From positions 32,001 through 96,000 of the forward strand of contig JBKBYA010000009.1 in assembly GCA_046313635.1 (NCBI GenBank): a DNA stretch of 64,000 nucleotides, written 5' to 3'. The DNA comes from Pyrinomonadaceae bacterium (GTDB lineage Bacteria > Acidobacteriota > Blastocatellia > Pyrinomonadales > Pyrinomonadaceae). Positions 20,252 through 31,384 of the stretch are shown here, piece by piece. A program made the position numbers and the translations under genes. The number at the start of each line of letters is the position of its first letter. Positions within the stretch are counted from its first letter, which is position 1. The notes under the pieces are model-generated. The model was not told the DNA's origin. It ran no database searches and saw only the letters and a list, made by a program, of their open reading frames with translations.

Positions 20252-21619
20252 TCAATTAGGGCCCGTCAGCAGACCACCCAGCAGACCGATCGTCCCGCCG
20301 GCGAGCACGACAAAAAGAACGTCGATCTTGAATCTGTAAAGCGCCGCGAATGCCGCGACCGTCAACACAGCGGCGAACCAGTCGATGCCTCCATTCAGCC
20401 CCGACGGCAAAATGACCGCGCCGCCAAAGACGAGAGCGAGATTTAGAATGACGCCGACCACGGCCGCGGTGACGCCCGAGAGAGCTCCGGTCAAACTCTT
20501 GCTGCCGCGAAGCAACTCGATGTACGGCGCCCCGACAAAGATAAAAATGAAGCACGGCAAAAAGGTCGCGTACGTCGCGACCAGCGCTCCCACGACGGCG
20601 CTTGCCGTCGGGCTCAGGTCGCCGGGATGATTCCATGCCGCCATGAACCCGACAAACTGCAGCACCATGATCAGCGGCCCGGGCGTCGTCTCGGCCAGTG
20701 CGAGGCCGTCGACGGCCTGAGTGCTCGTGATCCATTGATACGGCGGCGTCGTGAGAGCCTGCGTGACGTATGCGAGCACGGCGTACGCGCCGCCAAAGGT
20801 GACGAAAGCGGCCTTGGTGAAAAATAGATATTCGTCGGCGTGAAGGCTCGCCGTCCCGCGCGACCATGCGATCGTCGCAAAGGGCAGCAGCCACAACGCC
20901 GCGCCGACGGCGATCACCTTAAGGACCCGACCGCGCCGCGGAAGCGTGTGCGGCGGCGGCGGCGAATGATCGTCGATCACGAGCGGAGGTTGATCGCCGC
21001 TGTGCACAGACCGTTCGTTGCCGGCCTTTGTCTCGTTCATGGGCGCAAATTCAGCCGGAAAGGATCGCGCTCCCGCAAGGCCGACGATCGCCGCCGCAAG
21101 CACGATCAGCGGAAAGGGCACGTGCAAAAAATAGATCGCGACAAAGCCCGCAGCGGCGATCGCGAAGTGCACCCAACGCCTCAGCGCGCGGCCGCCGATC
21201 TTGATGAGAGCCTCGACCACGATGGCGACGACGACCGGCTTGAATCCCGCGAGCACGCCGGCGACGACCGGCACGCTGCCGTATTTCGCGTACGTCCACG
21301 AAAGGGCGAGCAGGACAAAGATCGAGGGAATGACAAAGAACGCGCCCGCGACAATGCCGCCCCACGTGCGATGCATCAGCCAGCCGATGTAGATCGCGAG
21401 CTGCTGCGCCTCGGGGCCAGGCAGGAGCATGCAGTAGTTCAGCGCGTGCAGAAATCTCTCGTCGCTCAGCCAACGCCGCCGCTCGACAAGCTCGCGATGC
21501 ATCATCGCGATCTGCCCGGCCGGCCCGCCAAACGAGATGAAGCCGAGCTTCAGCCAAAAGCGAAAGGCCTCGCCAAAGCTGACCGTGCGCTTTTGCTCGG
21601 CTGTATCGCGATCGGGCAT
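20252..21619 (-). CDS. chrA: Chromate efflux transporter
   Basis: [36 protein letters not shown]. Confidence 0.92.
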   Translation of the reverse strand: MPDRDTAEQKRTVSFGEAFRFWLKLGFISFGGPAGQIAMMHRELVERRRWLSDERFLHALNYCMLLPGPEAQQLAIYIGWLMHRTWGGIVAGAFFVIPSIFVLLALSWTYAKYGSVPVVAGVLAGFKPVVVAIVVEALIKIGGRALRRWVHFAIAAAGFVAIYFLHVPFPLIVLAAAIVGLAGARSFPAEFAPMNETKAGNERSVHSGDQPPLVIDDHSPPPPHTLPRRGRVLKVIAVGAALWLLPFATIAWSRGTASLHADEYLFFTKAAFVTFGGAYAVLAYVTQALTTPPYQWITSTQAVDGLALAETTPGPLIMVLQFVGFMAAWNHPGDLSPTASAVVGALVATYATFLPCFIFIFVGAPYIELLRGSKSLTGALSGVTAAVVGVILNLALVFGGAVILPSGLNGGIDWFAAVLTVAAFAALYRFKIDVLFVVLAGGTIGLLGGLLTGPN

Positions 21620-21622
21620 TAG

Positions 21623-22396
21623 CTACACCTTGAACTCAGCGACGACCGGCGTGTGGTCGGACGGGCGCTCCCAGCCGCGAGGCTCTCGATCGATCCAGCA
21701 GCCGGTGCATTTCTGGGCGAGCGAGGGCGAGGTCCAGATGTGGTCGATGCGTAGGCCGCGGTTCTTTGGAAATGCGAATTCGCGATAGTCCCACCACGAA
21801 AATTCTTTTACGTCGCCGTTCATTTGGCGAAAGACGTCGACAAAGCCCCACTGCTTGACGTGGTGTATCGCCGCGCGCTCGGGCTTTGAAAAATGGATCT
21901 TGCCCTCCCAAAGCGCGGGGTTCCAGACGTCGAGCGGGTCGGGCGCGACGTTAAAATCGCCGCACAGCAGTACGTCCGACTCCTTATCGCACGATTCGTC
22001 AAAAAAGCGCCTAAGCCGCTGCAGCCAGTCGAGCTTGAATCGGAACTTGTCGCTCCACAGCTCTGTGCCGTTGGGCACGTACGTGTTGACGATGCGGACG
22101 CCGTTTATCGTTGCGGCGATCAGGCGCTTTTGCGAGTCTTCGTGATCGTCGTCCGGAAAGTTCTTTTGCACGTCGTGCGGCTCGTGCCGTGTGATGATCG
22201 CGACGCCGTTGTAAGACTTTTGCCCGTAAAAAGCCGAGAAGTAGCCCGCGTCGTGCAGCGCCTGATAGGGAAAATTCTCGTCGACGCATTTCGTCTCCTG
22301 CAGACAGACGACATCCGGCCCGGCCTCGCCGAGCCATCTGAGCAAATGTTCGAGCCGAGCGTTGATGGAGTTGACGTTCCAGGTAGCGATCTTCAT
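21623..22396 (-). CDS. xth: Exodeoxyribonuclease III
   Basis: ATWNVNS, LQETK, YNGVA, GDFN, LRIDH, SDHTPV. Confidence 0.96.
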   Translation of the reverse strand: MKIATWNVNSINARLEHLLRWLGEAGPDVVCLQETKCVDENFPYQALHDAGYFSAFYGQKSYNGVAIITRHEPHDVQKNFPDDDHEDSQKRLIAATINGVRIVNTYVPNGTELWSDKFRFKLDWLQRLRRFFDESCDKESDVLLCGDFNVAPDPLDVWNPALWEGKIHFSKPERAAIHHVKQWGFVDVFRQMNGDVKEFSWWDYREFAFPKNRGLRIDHIWTSPSLAQKCTGCWIDREPRGWERPSDHTPVVAEFKV

Positions 22397-22418
22397 CCCG
22401 ATAAGTTTATTACACCCC

Positions 22419-22689
22419 CAAGTCAGAACCGCCCCGCGTGAGCGGGCGGGATGTCAGAACCGCCCCGCGTGAGCGGGCGGGCTCATTGACCCTCGGCGAC
22501 GAATTGCCCGCCAAACCGGCGAAAACGCGCGTAAGGAAGAAAGAACTTTAACCGCGGATAAACGCAGACGGGCGCGGATCGGCAGAGATAAAAATCGATT
22601 TCTCTTATCCGCGCCATCCGCGTAGATCCGCGGCAAAAAATGACGACGCGCTAAGAGCCCGCCCGCTCACGCGAGGCGGTTCTGACTTG
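22419..22689. mobile_element. Nested palindromic non-autonomous element, copy 1 (left REP arm tandemly duplicated)
   Basis: gtcagaaccgccccgcgtgagcgggcggg twice (22422, 22453) and its inverted copy at 22655-22689; inner ccgcggataaacgcaga...atccgcgg palindrome; homologous to 57829-58115. Confidence 0.75.
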
Positions 22690-23641
22690 TACGTCTGCGT
22701 GTGCGGTCGCGACTCGTATTTCTCTCCCAGAAAACACCGTCGGCAAAGCCCTGGATCGAGCGGTCGGTCTCTGCCAGCTCGAGGCGCTTGAGGGCGAGCA
22801 GGCAGTACTCCTCGTCCGACTCGATCGCGACAAAGCGGCGGCCGAGCTTTTTTGCGACGACGGCGGTCGTGCCGCTGCCGGCAAAGGGATCGAGGACGAG
22901 ATCGCCTTCGTTCGTGCTCGCGAGGATGATCTTGGCGAGGAGCTTTTCGGGCTTCTGCGTCGGGTGGTCGGTATTCTCCGGCATCGACCAAAAGGGCACG
23001 CTGATGTCGGTCCAGATGTTTGACGGGTGCGTGTCGCGAAAGTTGCCGTCCTCGCCCTCGTCCCAGTCTTTAGGCCGGCCGTTCACGCGATACGGAGCGA
23101 TGACGCGGCGGCGCTGCTTGACCGCGTCGAGGTTAAAGACGTACTCGTCAGAGACGGTAAAGAACCAGATGTCCTCGGCCGCGTTCTTCCAGTTCGCTTT
23201 TGCGCCGCGGCCCTTTTCGCGTTCCCAGGTGATGCGGTTCCGGAGTTTGAAATATCTCGACCCGGCGCGCTCGATCGCCGAGCTCGAGCGCCAGTCGCCG
23301 CAGATGTAAACGCTCGCCGTCGGTTTAAGCAGCGGCCCGCAGAGCGACAGCCACGAGTCGAGCCACGCCTCGTACTCGTCAACTGTTGAACGTTTGAAAC
23401 TCTCCTTGCCGAAATTCTTCGTCAGGTTGTAAGGCGGATCGGCAAACAATAGATCAAACGAACTCTTCGGCAGCCGCGGCAGCAAAGCGAAGGCGTCGCC
23501 ACGGATGACGCCGCCCGGCTCGAACGGCGGCCGGCTCCGGTCGGCGAGCAGCGTCCGCAGCCGCTCGACGTCGCCGGCTTCAACGACGAGCGTCCGATTG
23601 CGTCCGCCACGCGGCTTTTTATTGTCGGTCGGCGATGACAT
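22667..23641 (-). CDS. Site-specific DNA methyltransferase (N6-A/N4-C, beta class, YhdJ-like), orphan
   Basis: DPPY (motif IV) precedes HPTQKP and LDPFAGSGTT (motif I). Confidence 0.92.
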   Translation of the reverse strand: MSSPTDNKKPRGGRNRTLVVEAGDVERLRTLLADRSRPPFEPGGVIRGDAFALLPRLPKSSFDLLFADPPYNLTKNFGKESFKRSTVDEYEAWLDSWLSLCGPLLKPTASVYICGDWRSSSAIERAGSRYFKLRNRITWEREKGRGAKANWKNAAEDIWFFTVSDEYVFNLDAVKQRRRVIAPYRVNGRPKDWDEGEDGNFRDTHPSNIWTDISVPFWSMPENTDHPTQKPEKLLAKIILASTNEGDLVLDPFAGSGTTAVVAKKLGRRFVAIESDEEYCLLALKRLELAETDRSIQGFADGVFWERNTSRDRTRRRTSQNRLA

Positions 23642-23650
23642 GGCGGCCTT

Positions 23651-24034
23651 TCAAAGGTGATAGATCTCGATCCAATTGCCGCACGTGTCGTCGAAGGTCG
23701 CGACCGTGGCCGGACCCATTTGGACGGGCTCGTGACGAAATTCGACGCCGAGCTCGAGCAGCCGCTCATATTCGGCCTGCACATCGTCGACAAAAAATCC
23801 TCTGGCCGCGATGCCCGCCATGTATAACTCGTTCTGAAAGGTACGGGACGGCGGGAAGTTTGTCGGCTCCAGCAGGAGCTCGGCCTCGTCGCGGGCATTC
23901 GGCGAGACCACGGTCAGCCAGTTGAAGTTGCCCATCGGGACGTCCATTTTGATCTCAAATCCCAGAACTCGTGTGTAAAAATCGCGCGCTTTTTCCTGGT
24001 CGTCGACCATTACGCTCGACAGTTTTATCTTCAT
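23651..24034 (-). CDS. VOC/glyoxalase family protein
   Basis: V.DQEKA..FYT.VLGF, FDDTCGN motifs. Confidence 0.9.
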   Translation of the reverse strand: MKIKLSSVMVDDQEKARDFYTRVLGFEIKMDVPMGNFNWLTVVSPNARDEAELLLEPTNFPPSRTFQNELYMAGIAARGFFVDDVQAEYERLLELGVEFRHEPVQMGPATVATFDDTCGNWIEIYHL

Positions 24035-24168
24035 AATCCCTCCGGATCGGGCGCGGCGACGTGGTCAAGGCCGTCGGTCCGCGTCCTCCGAAAAGACCGA
24101 TTGTTTCACACCGCAGAGGCCCGCCCAAAGCCGTTCTCCCGCGCGGGCTTACGGTCTAGGTGCCTGCC

Positions 24169-24197
24169 TTGACCCTCAAAATAGCGCGTGATAGCCT
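24169..24197 (+). promoter_or_regulatory. Sigma70-type promoter of the atp operon
   Basis: TTGACC-17 nt-TAGCCT with extended TG. Confidence 0.6.
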
Positions 24198-24261
24198 TGT
24201 ATATTTCGAGCGGCGGACGATTTTTAGACTGTTATTTATTCATAAAACTTTAAATTAAGCT

Positions 24262-24711
24262 ATGCAATTCGTGGCATTTGCCGAGTCGATCCAGCTCTTT
24301 CCGGACGGCACTCTATTCATCCACATCGGGCTGATCCTGCTGATGATCTGGGTCTTGAACCGCACGCTGTTCAAGCCGATCAATCAGGTGATCGCCGAGC
24401 GCGAAAAGAGTAAAGGCGGCCATTCGTCCGAGGCGGCCGAGATGCTCGCGCAGGCTAACGAGAAAGAGGCCGCATACAACCGCGAGCTTCTCGAGGCGCG
24501 GAGCCGCGGCTACGAGATCATCGAGACCGAGATCAAGCAGGCATCTGCGCTCAAAGAGCAGAAATTGAACGAGGCCAGGTCTGAGGTCGCGGCGCGGGTC
24601 TCGGGCGAAAAGCAGGACCTGGAGCGGCAGGCCGAGGCGGCAAAGGCGGCCGCGGCGGCCGAGGCCGACCGGCTCGCCGACGTGATCGCCGCGACGGTGA
24701 TCAAGGCATAA
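24262..24711 (+). CDS. atpF: ATP synthase F0 subunit b'
   Basis: N-terminal TM helix, LFKPI....ER, Ala/Glu coiled coil; position in the atp operon. Confidence 0.85.
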   Translation: MQFVAFAESIQLFPDGTLFIHIGLILLMIWVLNRTLFKPINQVIAEREKSKGGHSSEAAEMLAQANEKEAAYNRELLEARSRGYEIIETEIKQASALKEQKLNEARSEVAARVSGEKQDLERQAEAAKAAAAAEADRLADVIAATVIKA

Positions 24712-24736
24712 GATCTCGCGAACGACATTTATCGGT

Positions 24737-25294
24737 ATGTCAGCTTTAACATTCGGCTTGAATCTAATATTCCTCGCGGAGGCGGGCCACGGCGGATTTT
24801 ACGACCAGTATCTCAACATCCCCGGTTTTGAGCTTTGGAAGTTCATTAACCTGACGATATTCGTCGCCTTTTTGATCTGGATCTTGAAGCGTCCGCTCAG
24901 CGAGGCATTCAAGGCAAAGCGCGAGGCGATAAGGGCCGACCTCATCCGAGCCGAAGAGGAGCGCCAGGCCGCGCTCGCTCGATTGACGGCCGTCGAGGCA
25001 AAGCTTGCCCAGCTCGAGCGCGAAAAGTCGCAGATCCTCGAGCGTGCCAAGGCCGAGGCCGAGGCCGACCGCACACGTCTGCTCGAGCAGACCGAGGCCG
25101 AGATCCGGCGACTCCGCGAGCAGGCCGAGGCCGAGATCGCGCGGATGGCGCAGCGGACGCGTGCCGAGCTGAAGCGATTCGCCGCCGAGGAGAGCATCAG
25201 GCTCGCCGAGCAGACGCTTCGCTCGCGAATGGATGTCGAGGCCGATTCGCGGCTCGTCAAGGCGAGCATTCAGGAGATCGGAGGGCTTAACTGA
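24737..25294 (+). CDS. atpF: ATP synthase F0 subunit b
   Basis: WKFINL TM segment plus coiled coil; precedes atpH. Confidence 0.88.
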   Translation: MSALTFGLNLIFLAEAGHGGFYDQYLNIPGFELWKFINLTIFVAFLIWILKRPLSEAFKAKREAIRADLIRAEEERQAALARLTAVEAKLAQLEREKSQILERAKAEAEADRTRLLEQTEAEIRRLREQAEAEIARMAQRTRAELKRFAAEESIRLAEQTLRSRMDVEADSRLVKASIQEIGGLN

Positions 25295-25296
25295 CG

Positions 25297-25839
25297 ATGA
25301 GCATCGAAACTATCGCACGCCGATACGGCTCGGCACTTGCCGATGTCGTGCTCAAGACCGGCGAGACCGAGACGGTCAGCGCCGAGCTGCTTCAGTGGGA
25401 AGCGATGCTCAGCGCAAATGCCGAGCTCTCGACCGTCTTTGCAAATCCCGCGATACAGCATCAGAGCAAGGAACGCGTGCTCGAGGATCTGATCGAGCGT
25501 GCAAAGCCGTTGCGCACGACCGCAAACTTTCTGCGTGTGCTGCTTCGGAATGGCCGCCTGACCGAGCTGCCGCACATCAACCGCCGCTTCGCGGCCGAGA
25601 TCGAGGAGCGTCGCGGCATCGTCGCCGCCGAGGTCACATCGGCCCGCGAGCTTCGCGATGACGAGCGCGGCGAGTTAAAGAGCAATCTCGAAAAGCTCAC
25701 CGGCCGACAGGTGAAGCTCAATTTTCAGATCGATAACGATCTTATTGGCGGTGTCGTCGCACGCATCGGGTCGACCGTTTACGACGGCTCGGTAAAGACG
25801 AAGTTAGAGAATTTAAGACAAGAACTGATCGGAAGTTAG
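25297..25839 (+). CDS. atpH: ATP synthase F1 subunit delta
   Basis: IARRY..AL, LIGG....IG..VYDGS. Confidence 0.95.
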   Translation: MSIETIARRYGSALADVVLKTGETETVSAELLQWEAMLSANAELSTVFANPAIQHQSKERVLEDLIERAKPLRTTANFLRVLLRNGRLTELPHINRRFAAEIEERRGIVAAEVTSARELRDDERGELKSNLEKLTGRQVKLNFQIDNDLIGGVVARIGSTVYDGSVKTKLENLRQELIGS

Positions 25840-25956
25840 TTTTTGGTTTTTTGTACTTGGCTCTTGTCCGATCGTCAGTACCGGACCGCAAGGCAAATGA
25901 CAAAGGACCAAGGGCAGAGGACGAAAAACAAAAGACCAAAGACCATTAACAAAACA
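25840..25956. repeat. Inverted heptamer tandem arrays at the atpH-atpA junction
   Basis: tttttgg-ttttttg-tacttgg-ctcttgt ... aatgaca-aaggacc-aagggca-gaggacg-aaaaaca-aaagacc-aaagacc. Confidence 0.7.
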
Positions 25957-27489
<1,533 letters not shown>

Positions 27490-27535
27490 TTGCCGATTGT
27501 TATCCCAACGGTGGTGCGTTCAGTGCAACTTTGGA

Positions 27536-27564
27536 TTGACTCTCGCTTTTCCTCGGACTAGCAT
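27536..27564 (+). promoter_or_regulatory. Promoter of the toxin-antitoxin module
   Basis: TTGACT-17 nt-TAGCAT, 7 nt before ATG 27572. Confidence 0.65.
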
Positions 27565-27571
27565 TGTTGGC

Positions 27572-27919
27572 ATGAAGAGGGAAACGCGAATCAACGTCCG
27601 GACCACCGATCAGATCAAGCGGGAGCTCAAGGTCACCGCCCGACTCCGTGGGCTGACCGAGTCATCGTTGGTGAATTCATTGGTCGTACGAGCGATCCGA
27701 GAGGAGAAGCAGGTTTCTCCTGAGGCCTTTGAGAATATCGGAGACGCCAAACGGCGAGGGCCGAATATCGGCGAACAGACTCCGGCGGAAGAGAAGGTTC
27801 CTGACTGGCAGCAAGGAATACGCAAAGCGAGAGGGATGTGGAAGGGACGAGACGACCTTCCTGATCTGGGGCAATTGCGAAAGGAGTCAGATCGAAGCGA
27901 TCGGTGGGACATTGACTGA
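27572..27919 (+). CDS. Putative antitoxin (ribbon-helix-helix-like N-terminus)
   Basis: RINVRT..IKREL...A..RG.T.S.LV pattern; GMWKGRDDLPD tail; stop overlaps the PIN gene start. Confidence 0.7.
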   Translation: MKRETRINVRTTDQIKRELKVTARLRGLTESSLVNSLVVRAIREEKQVSPEAFENIGDAKRRGPNIGEQTPAEEKVPDWQQGIRKARGMWKGRDDLPDLGQLRKESDRSDRWDID

Positions 27920-28305
27920 TGGAAAGCAGTGGCGTCCTCATCGACACCGACGTGCTGATCGACTACTTGCGTGATCACGCTAAAGCCGTCGAATACCTGC
28001 AATCGCTTTCGGAGCCGCCTGCAGTCTCGGCGTTAACGATCGCGGAACTATATTCAGGCGTTAGAGAAGGTCGAGAAAAAAAATTCTTGGACGAGTTCGC
28101 GAACACGCTGAACGTGATCGATGTTAGTGACGAGATCGCGAGACTGGGCGGATTGTTCAGGCGGAATTATTTTAAGAGTCACGGGGTCGGGATCAACGAC
28201 GCGATAATTGCCGCCACGGCAGAACTCGAAGATCGAATCCTCGTGACCTTGAATGGAAAACATTTTCCAATGTTAAGGGACATTTTTGTGCCCTACCGAA
28301 AGTAA
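27919..28305 (+). CDS. vapC: PIN-domain VapC-family toxin
   Basis: LIDTDVLID, AELYSG, DAIIAATA, LVTLN.KHF. Confidence 0.92.
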   Translation: MESSGVLIDTDVLIDYLRDHAKAVEYLQSLSEPPAVSALTIAELYSGVREGREKKFLDEFANTLNVIDVSDEIARLGGLFRRNYFKSHGVGINDAIIAATAELEDRILVTLNGKHFPMLRDIFVPYRK

Positions 28306-28313
28306 GAAAGGAA

Positions 28314-29186
28314 ATGCCAAGTCTTCTGGATATGCGCCGGCGCATCAAGTCGGTCAAGAACACGCAGCAGATCACCAAGGCCATGAAGATGGTCGCCGCG
28401 GCCAAGCTCCGCCGCGCACAGGAGCGCGTCACGGCGGCTCGGCCATTCGCGCAAAAGATGACCGAGGTGCTGGGCGGTTTGAGCTCGAAGGTTGCCGACG
28501 AGCTCTCGCATCCGCTGCTCGATGAACGCGGCGATGAAAAGTACCTGATCGTGCTCGTCAGCGCAGATAAAGGCCTTGCCGGAGCATTCAACGCGAACGT
28601 GATCAAGGCGACGCAGGCCTTTCTCACGGAGAATCAGAACAAGACGACCGAGCTGGTGGCTGTCGGCCGCAAGGGCCGCGACTTTTTCAAGCGGCGCAGC
28701 GTCACGATGATCGACGAGTACATCGGTCTCACCGGCACCGGCCAGGTCAAACATCAGGACGCTCTCGACATCGCGCGCAAGATCATCAAGACGTTTACCG
28801 ACGACACGTCGATCGACAAGGTCTTTTTGGTCTACACCGAATTTCGCACCGTCCTGTCGCAAAAGCCTGTCGTCGAGCAGGTGCTGCCGGTGCCGCGAAC
28901 CGTCGTCGACGACGCCGACGCCGGAGCTCAGGCCGAGTACATCTACGAGCAGCCGCCGGCCGAGATCTTTGGCAAGCTTTTGCCGCGACTCATTGAGACG
29001 CAGCTCTACCGGGCGATGCTCGAGTCGGTCGCCTCCGAGCAGGGCTCGCGAATGACGGCGATGGACTCGGCGTCAAAGAATGCCGGCGAGCTCATCGACA
29101 CGCTGACGCTCAATATGAACCGCATCCGCCAGGCCGCGATCACAAAGGAGATCATCGAGGTCGTCTCTGGCGCCGCGGCTCTGTAG
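28314..29186 (+). CDS. atpG: ATP synthase F1 subunit gamma
   Basis: RRIKSVKNTQQITKAMKMVAAAKL, SEQGSRMTAM, RQAAITKEIIE. Confidence 0.98.
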   Translation: MPSLLDMRRRIKSVKNTQQITKAMKMVAAAKLRRAQERVTAARPFAQKMTEVLGGLSSKVADELSHPLLDERGDEKYLIVLVSADKGLAGAFNANVIKATQAFLTENQNKTTELVAVGRKGRDFFKRRSVTMIDEYIGLTGTGQVKHQDALDIARKIIKTFTDDTSIDKVFLVYTEFRTVLSQKPVVEQVLPVPRTVVDDADAGAQAEYIYEQPPAEIFGKLLPRLIETQLYRAMLESVASEQGSRMTAMDSASKNAGELIDTLTLNMNRIRQAAITKEIIEVVSGAAAL

Positions 29187-29210
29187 CGCAGAGCTCGTAC
29201 TTGCAGACCG

Positions 29211-29252
29211 CTGCCGGATGTTTTGTTAAAAAGCGTCCGGCAGTTTTTGTTT
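29211..29252 (+). terminator. Intrinsic terminator after atpG
   Basis: ctgccggatg...cgtccggcag stem followed by tttttgttt. Confidence 0.75.
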
Positions 29253-29313
29253 CGGAGATTCGCGGAATAGAATTCACCCGCGGCCCCGGCGTCACGTCGC
29301 TTCCGCCTTGCTA

Positions 29314-29553
29314 ATGCATACTTCTAACCTGATCGCACTGATCCTGCTCTCGATCGGCCTGCCGTGGTTGACGTATCTCGGCTTCCGACGCGGCGGCGTG
29401 ATCTGGGGACTCTTGATCCTCTTCTTTTCTTTGATCGCCGGTCTTGCGTTTTGCGTGGTCAAAAAGGCGGGCTGGGTCCCGTGGCTGCTGATTGCCGCCG
29501 CCTGCGTGATCGCCTTTTCAAACCCCGCCAATCGCGTCAGCCACTTTCGCTGA
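29314..29553 (+). CDS. Small hypothetical membrane protein
   Basis: Three hydrophobic segments; fills the gap before the VanZ gene. Confidence 0.5.
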   Translation: MHTSNLIALILLSIGLPWLTYLGFRRGGVIWGLLILFFSLIAGLAFCVVKKAGWVPWLLIAAACVIAFSNPANRVSHFR

Positions 29554-29563
29554 TCGAGCCACG

Positions 29564-30016
29564 ATGGACGATCGATCGCTCCACGGACGGATCTTGCGTT
29601 ACGGGCCGCTCGCGGCCTGGATCGTCGTGATCCTCGTGCTCGGCAGCGGGATGGGTTCGATGAACGAGACCTCGAGATTCATCCGGCCGCTGCTCGAATT
29701 TCTGTTTCCTGAGGCGCCGCCCGAGACCCTCGCGATCTATCACGGCTACATCCGCAAGCTTGCGCATTTTGCCGAATACGGCGTGCTTGCCTTATTCGCC
29801 GCCCGCGCCTTTGCCACCTCGAGCTCGGCGGTGCTGGCCCGTAATTTTTGGGTCGCGTCGGCAGCCCTCGCGCTGATCGTCGCCGCGATAGACGAATTTC
29901 GGCAGTCGTACGATCCGTCCCGCACTTCGTCCGTGTACGATGTGCTGATCGACCTCAGCGGAGCCGCTGCCGCTCTTATCATCGTCGCCGCAGTTCGGCG
30001 CCGGACGTCGCGGTGA
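29564..30016 (+). CDS. VanZ family protein
   Basis: IRKLAHFAEY, DEFRQS..P.RT.S..DV..D. Confidence 0.88.
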   Translation: MDDRSLHGRILRYGPLAAWIVVILVLGSGMGSMNETSRFIRPLLEFLFPEAPPETLAIYHGYIRKLAHFAEYGVLALFAARAFATSSSAVLARNFWVASAALALIVAAIDEFRQSYDPSRTSSVYDVLIDLSGAAAALIIVAAVRRRTSR

Positions 30017-30126
30017 AGAGGGGCCGCGAGAGACCATCTGACCGCCGGATCCCTACATTCCAAAACGGCGAACATTGTGCGATATTCTAGCGTTATCAAA
30101 TCCGCACCAAAGGAGTAGATAATTCG

Positions 30127-31284
30127 ATGAGCATTTTTGACAAAGTAAAAGACGCCGCGATGAATCAGTTCATCGAGGTGATCGAGTGGCTCGACGACAG
30201 CGGCGACACGATCGTCTATCGCTTCCCGGTCGCGGGGCAGGAGATCAAGAACGGCGCGCAGCTGATCGTACGCGAATCGCAGGCCGCCGTTTTTGTTTAC
30301 GAGGGCCAGGTCGCTGACGTGTTTGAGCCCGGCCGATACACGATCGACGGCGGCAACACGCCGATACTGTCCAAGCTCGGAGCTTGGAAGTTCGGCTTTA
30401 ACTCGCCATTCAAATCGGAGGTCTACTTTGTCAGCACGAAGCAGTTCACCGATATGAAGTGGGGCACGTCAAATCCGGTGATGCTGCGCGACGCGGATTT
30501 TGGGATCGTGCGGCTGCGCGCATTCGGAGCGTACAGCATGCGCGTCGCCGCGCCCGGCGACTTCATCAAGCAGATCGCCGGCACCAGCGCGCAGTTCTCG
30601 ACCGAGGACATCGAGGGCCAGCTCAAGCGTGCGATCGTCTCAGAATTCTCGGACGCGCTCGGCGAGCTAAAGATCCCGGCGCTCGATCTCGCCGCCCAGT
30701 ACAAAGAGATGGGCGACGCGATCCGCGGCAAGATCAACGAAGATTTCGGCACGCTCGGTCTCGAGGTGACCAAGTTCTATATCGAGAACATCTCGGTACC
30801 GCCCGAGGTCGAGGCCGCGCTCGACAAACGCGCTTCGATGGGAGCGCTCGGCGACGCGAATCGTTATATGCAGTTTCAGGCCGCGGATGCGCTTCGCGAT
30901 GCAGCGCAGAATCCCAGCGGCGGAGCCGGTCTCGGAGCCTCGCTCGGCGCGGGCTTTGCGCTCGGCGGGCAGATGGCAAATGCTTTTGGCCAAGGCCAGC
31001 CGCAGAGCGGGCAGGCCGGTCAGGCCGGAGCGGCGACCGTGCCGTGCCCGAGCTGCGGCAAACCGAATGCGGCCGGCGTCAAATTCTGTTCGGAATGCGG
31101 CGGCACGATGGAGGTCGCCAAGGTGCCGTGCATCAAGTGCGGCGCCGAGCTTCGCGAGGGAGCAAAGTTCTGCTCCGAATGCGGCACGAGTCAGGCCAAA
31201 CCCAACTGCGCAAACTGCGGAACCGAGATGGCCCCTGGCGCCAAGTTCTGCCCCGAATGCGGCACAAAGGCAGAAGGTCAATAG
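30127..31284 (+). CDS. SPFH domain protein with C-terminal double zinc ribbons (YdjI-like)
   Basis: QLIVRESQ.A, KWGT..P, repeated C..CG.....AKFC.ECG. Confidence 0.88.
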   Translation: MSIFDKVKDAAMNQFIEVIEWLDDSGDTIVYRFPVAGQEIKNGAQLIVRESQAAVFVYEGQVADVFEPGRYTIDGGNTPILSKLGAWKFGFNSPFKSEVYFVSTKQFTDMKWGTSNPVMLRDADFGIVRLRAFGAYSMRVAAPGDFIKQIAGTSAQFSTEDIEGQLKRAIVSEFSDALGELKIPALDLAAQYKEMGDAIRGKINEDFGTLGLEVTKFYIENISVPPEVEAALDKRASMGALGDANRYMQFQAADALRDAAQNPSGGAGLGASLGAGFALGGQMANAFGQGQPQSGQAGQAGAATVPCPSCGKPNAAGVKFCSECGGTMEVAKVPCIKCGAELREGAKFCSECGTSQAKPNCANCGTEMAPGAKFCPECGTKAEGQ

Positions 31285-31384
31285 ATCTCAAACTCCAACC
31301 AAATTCACGGCGGGCGGCGGACTGATCTGCCGCCCTTTGTGTTGATGCCCGCTCGGCGTATTAGAATTGAGTGGAGAAAATTCT

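Noticed and set aside
22422..22481. 29-bp direct repeat as a mini CRISPR array
   Set aside because: Only two copies with a 2-bp spacer, no cas genes, and an inverted third copy; it is a REP-like arm
25843..25956. N-terminal extension of AtpA (and likewise of GT9 at 31572 and RpsP at 35060)
   Set aside because: These extensions are translations of heptamer arrays; conserved sequence starts at the downstream ATG
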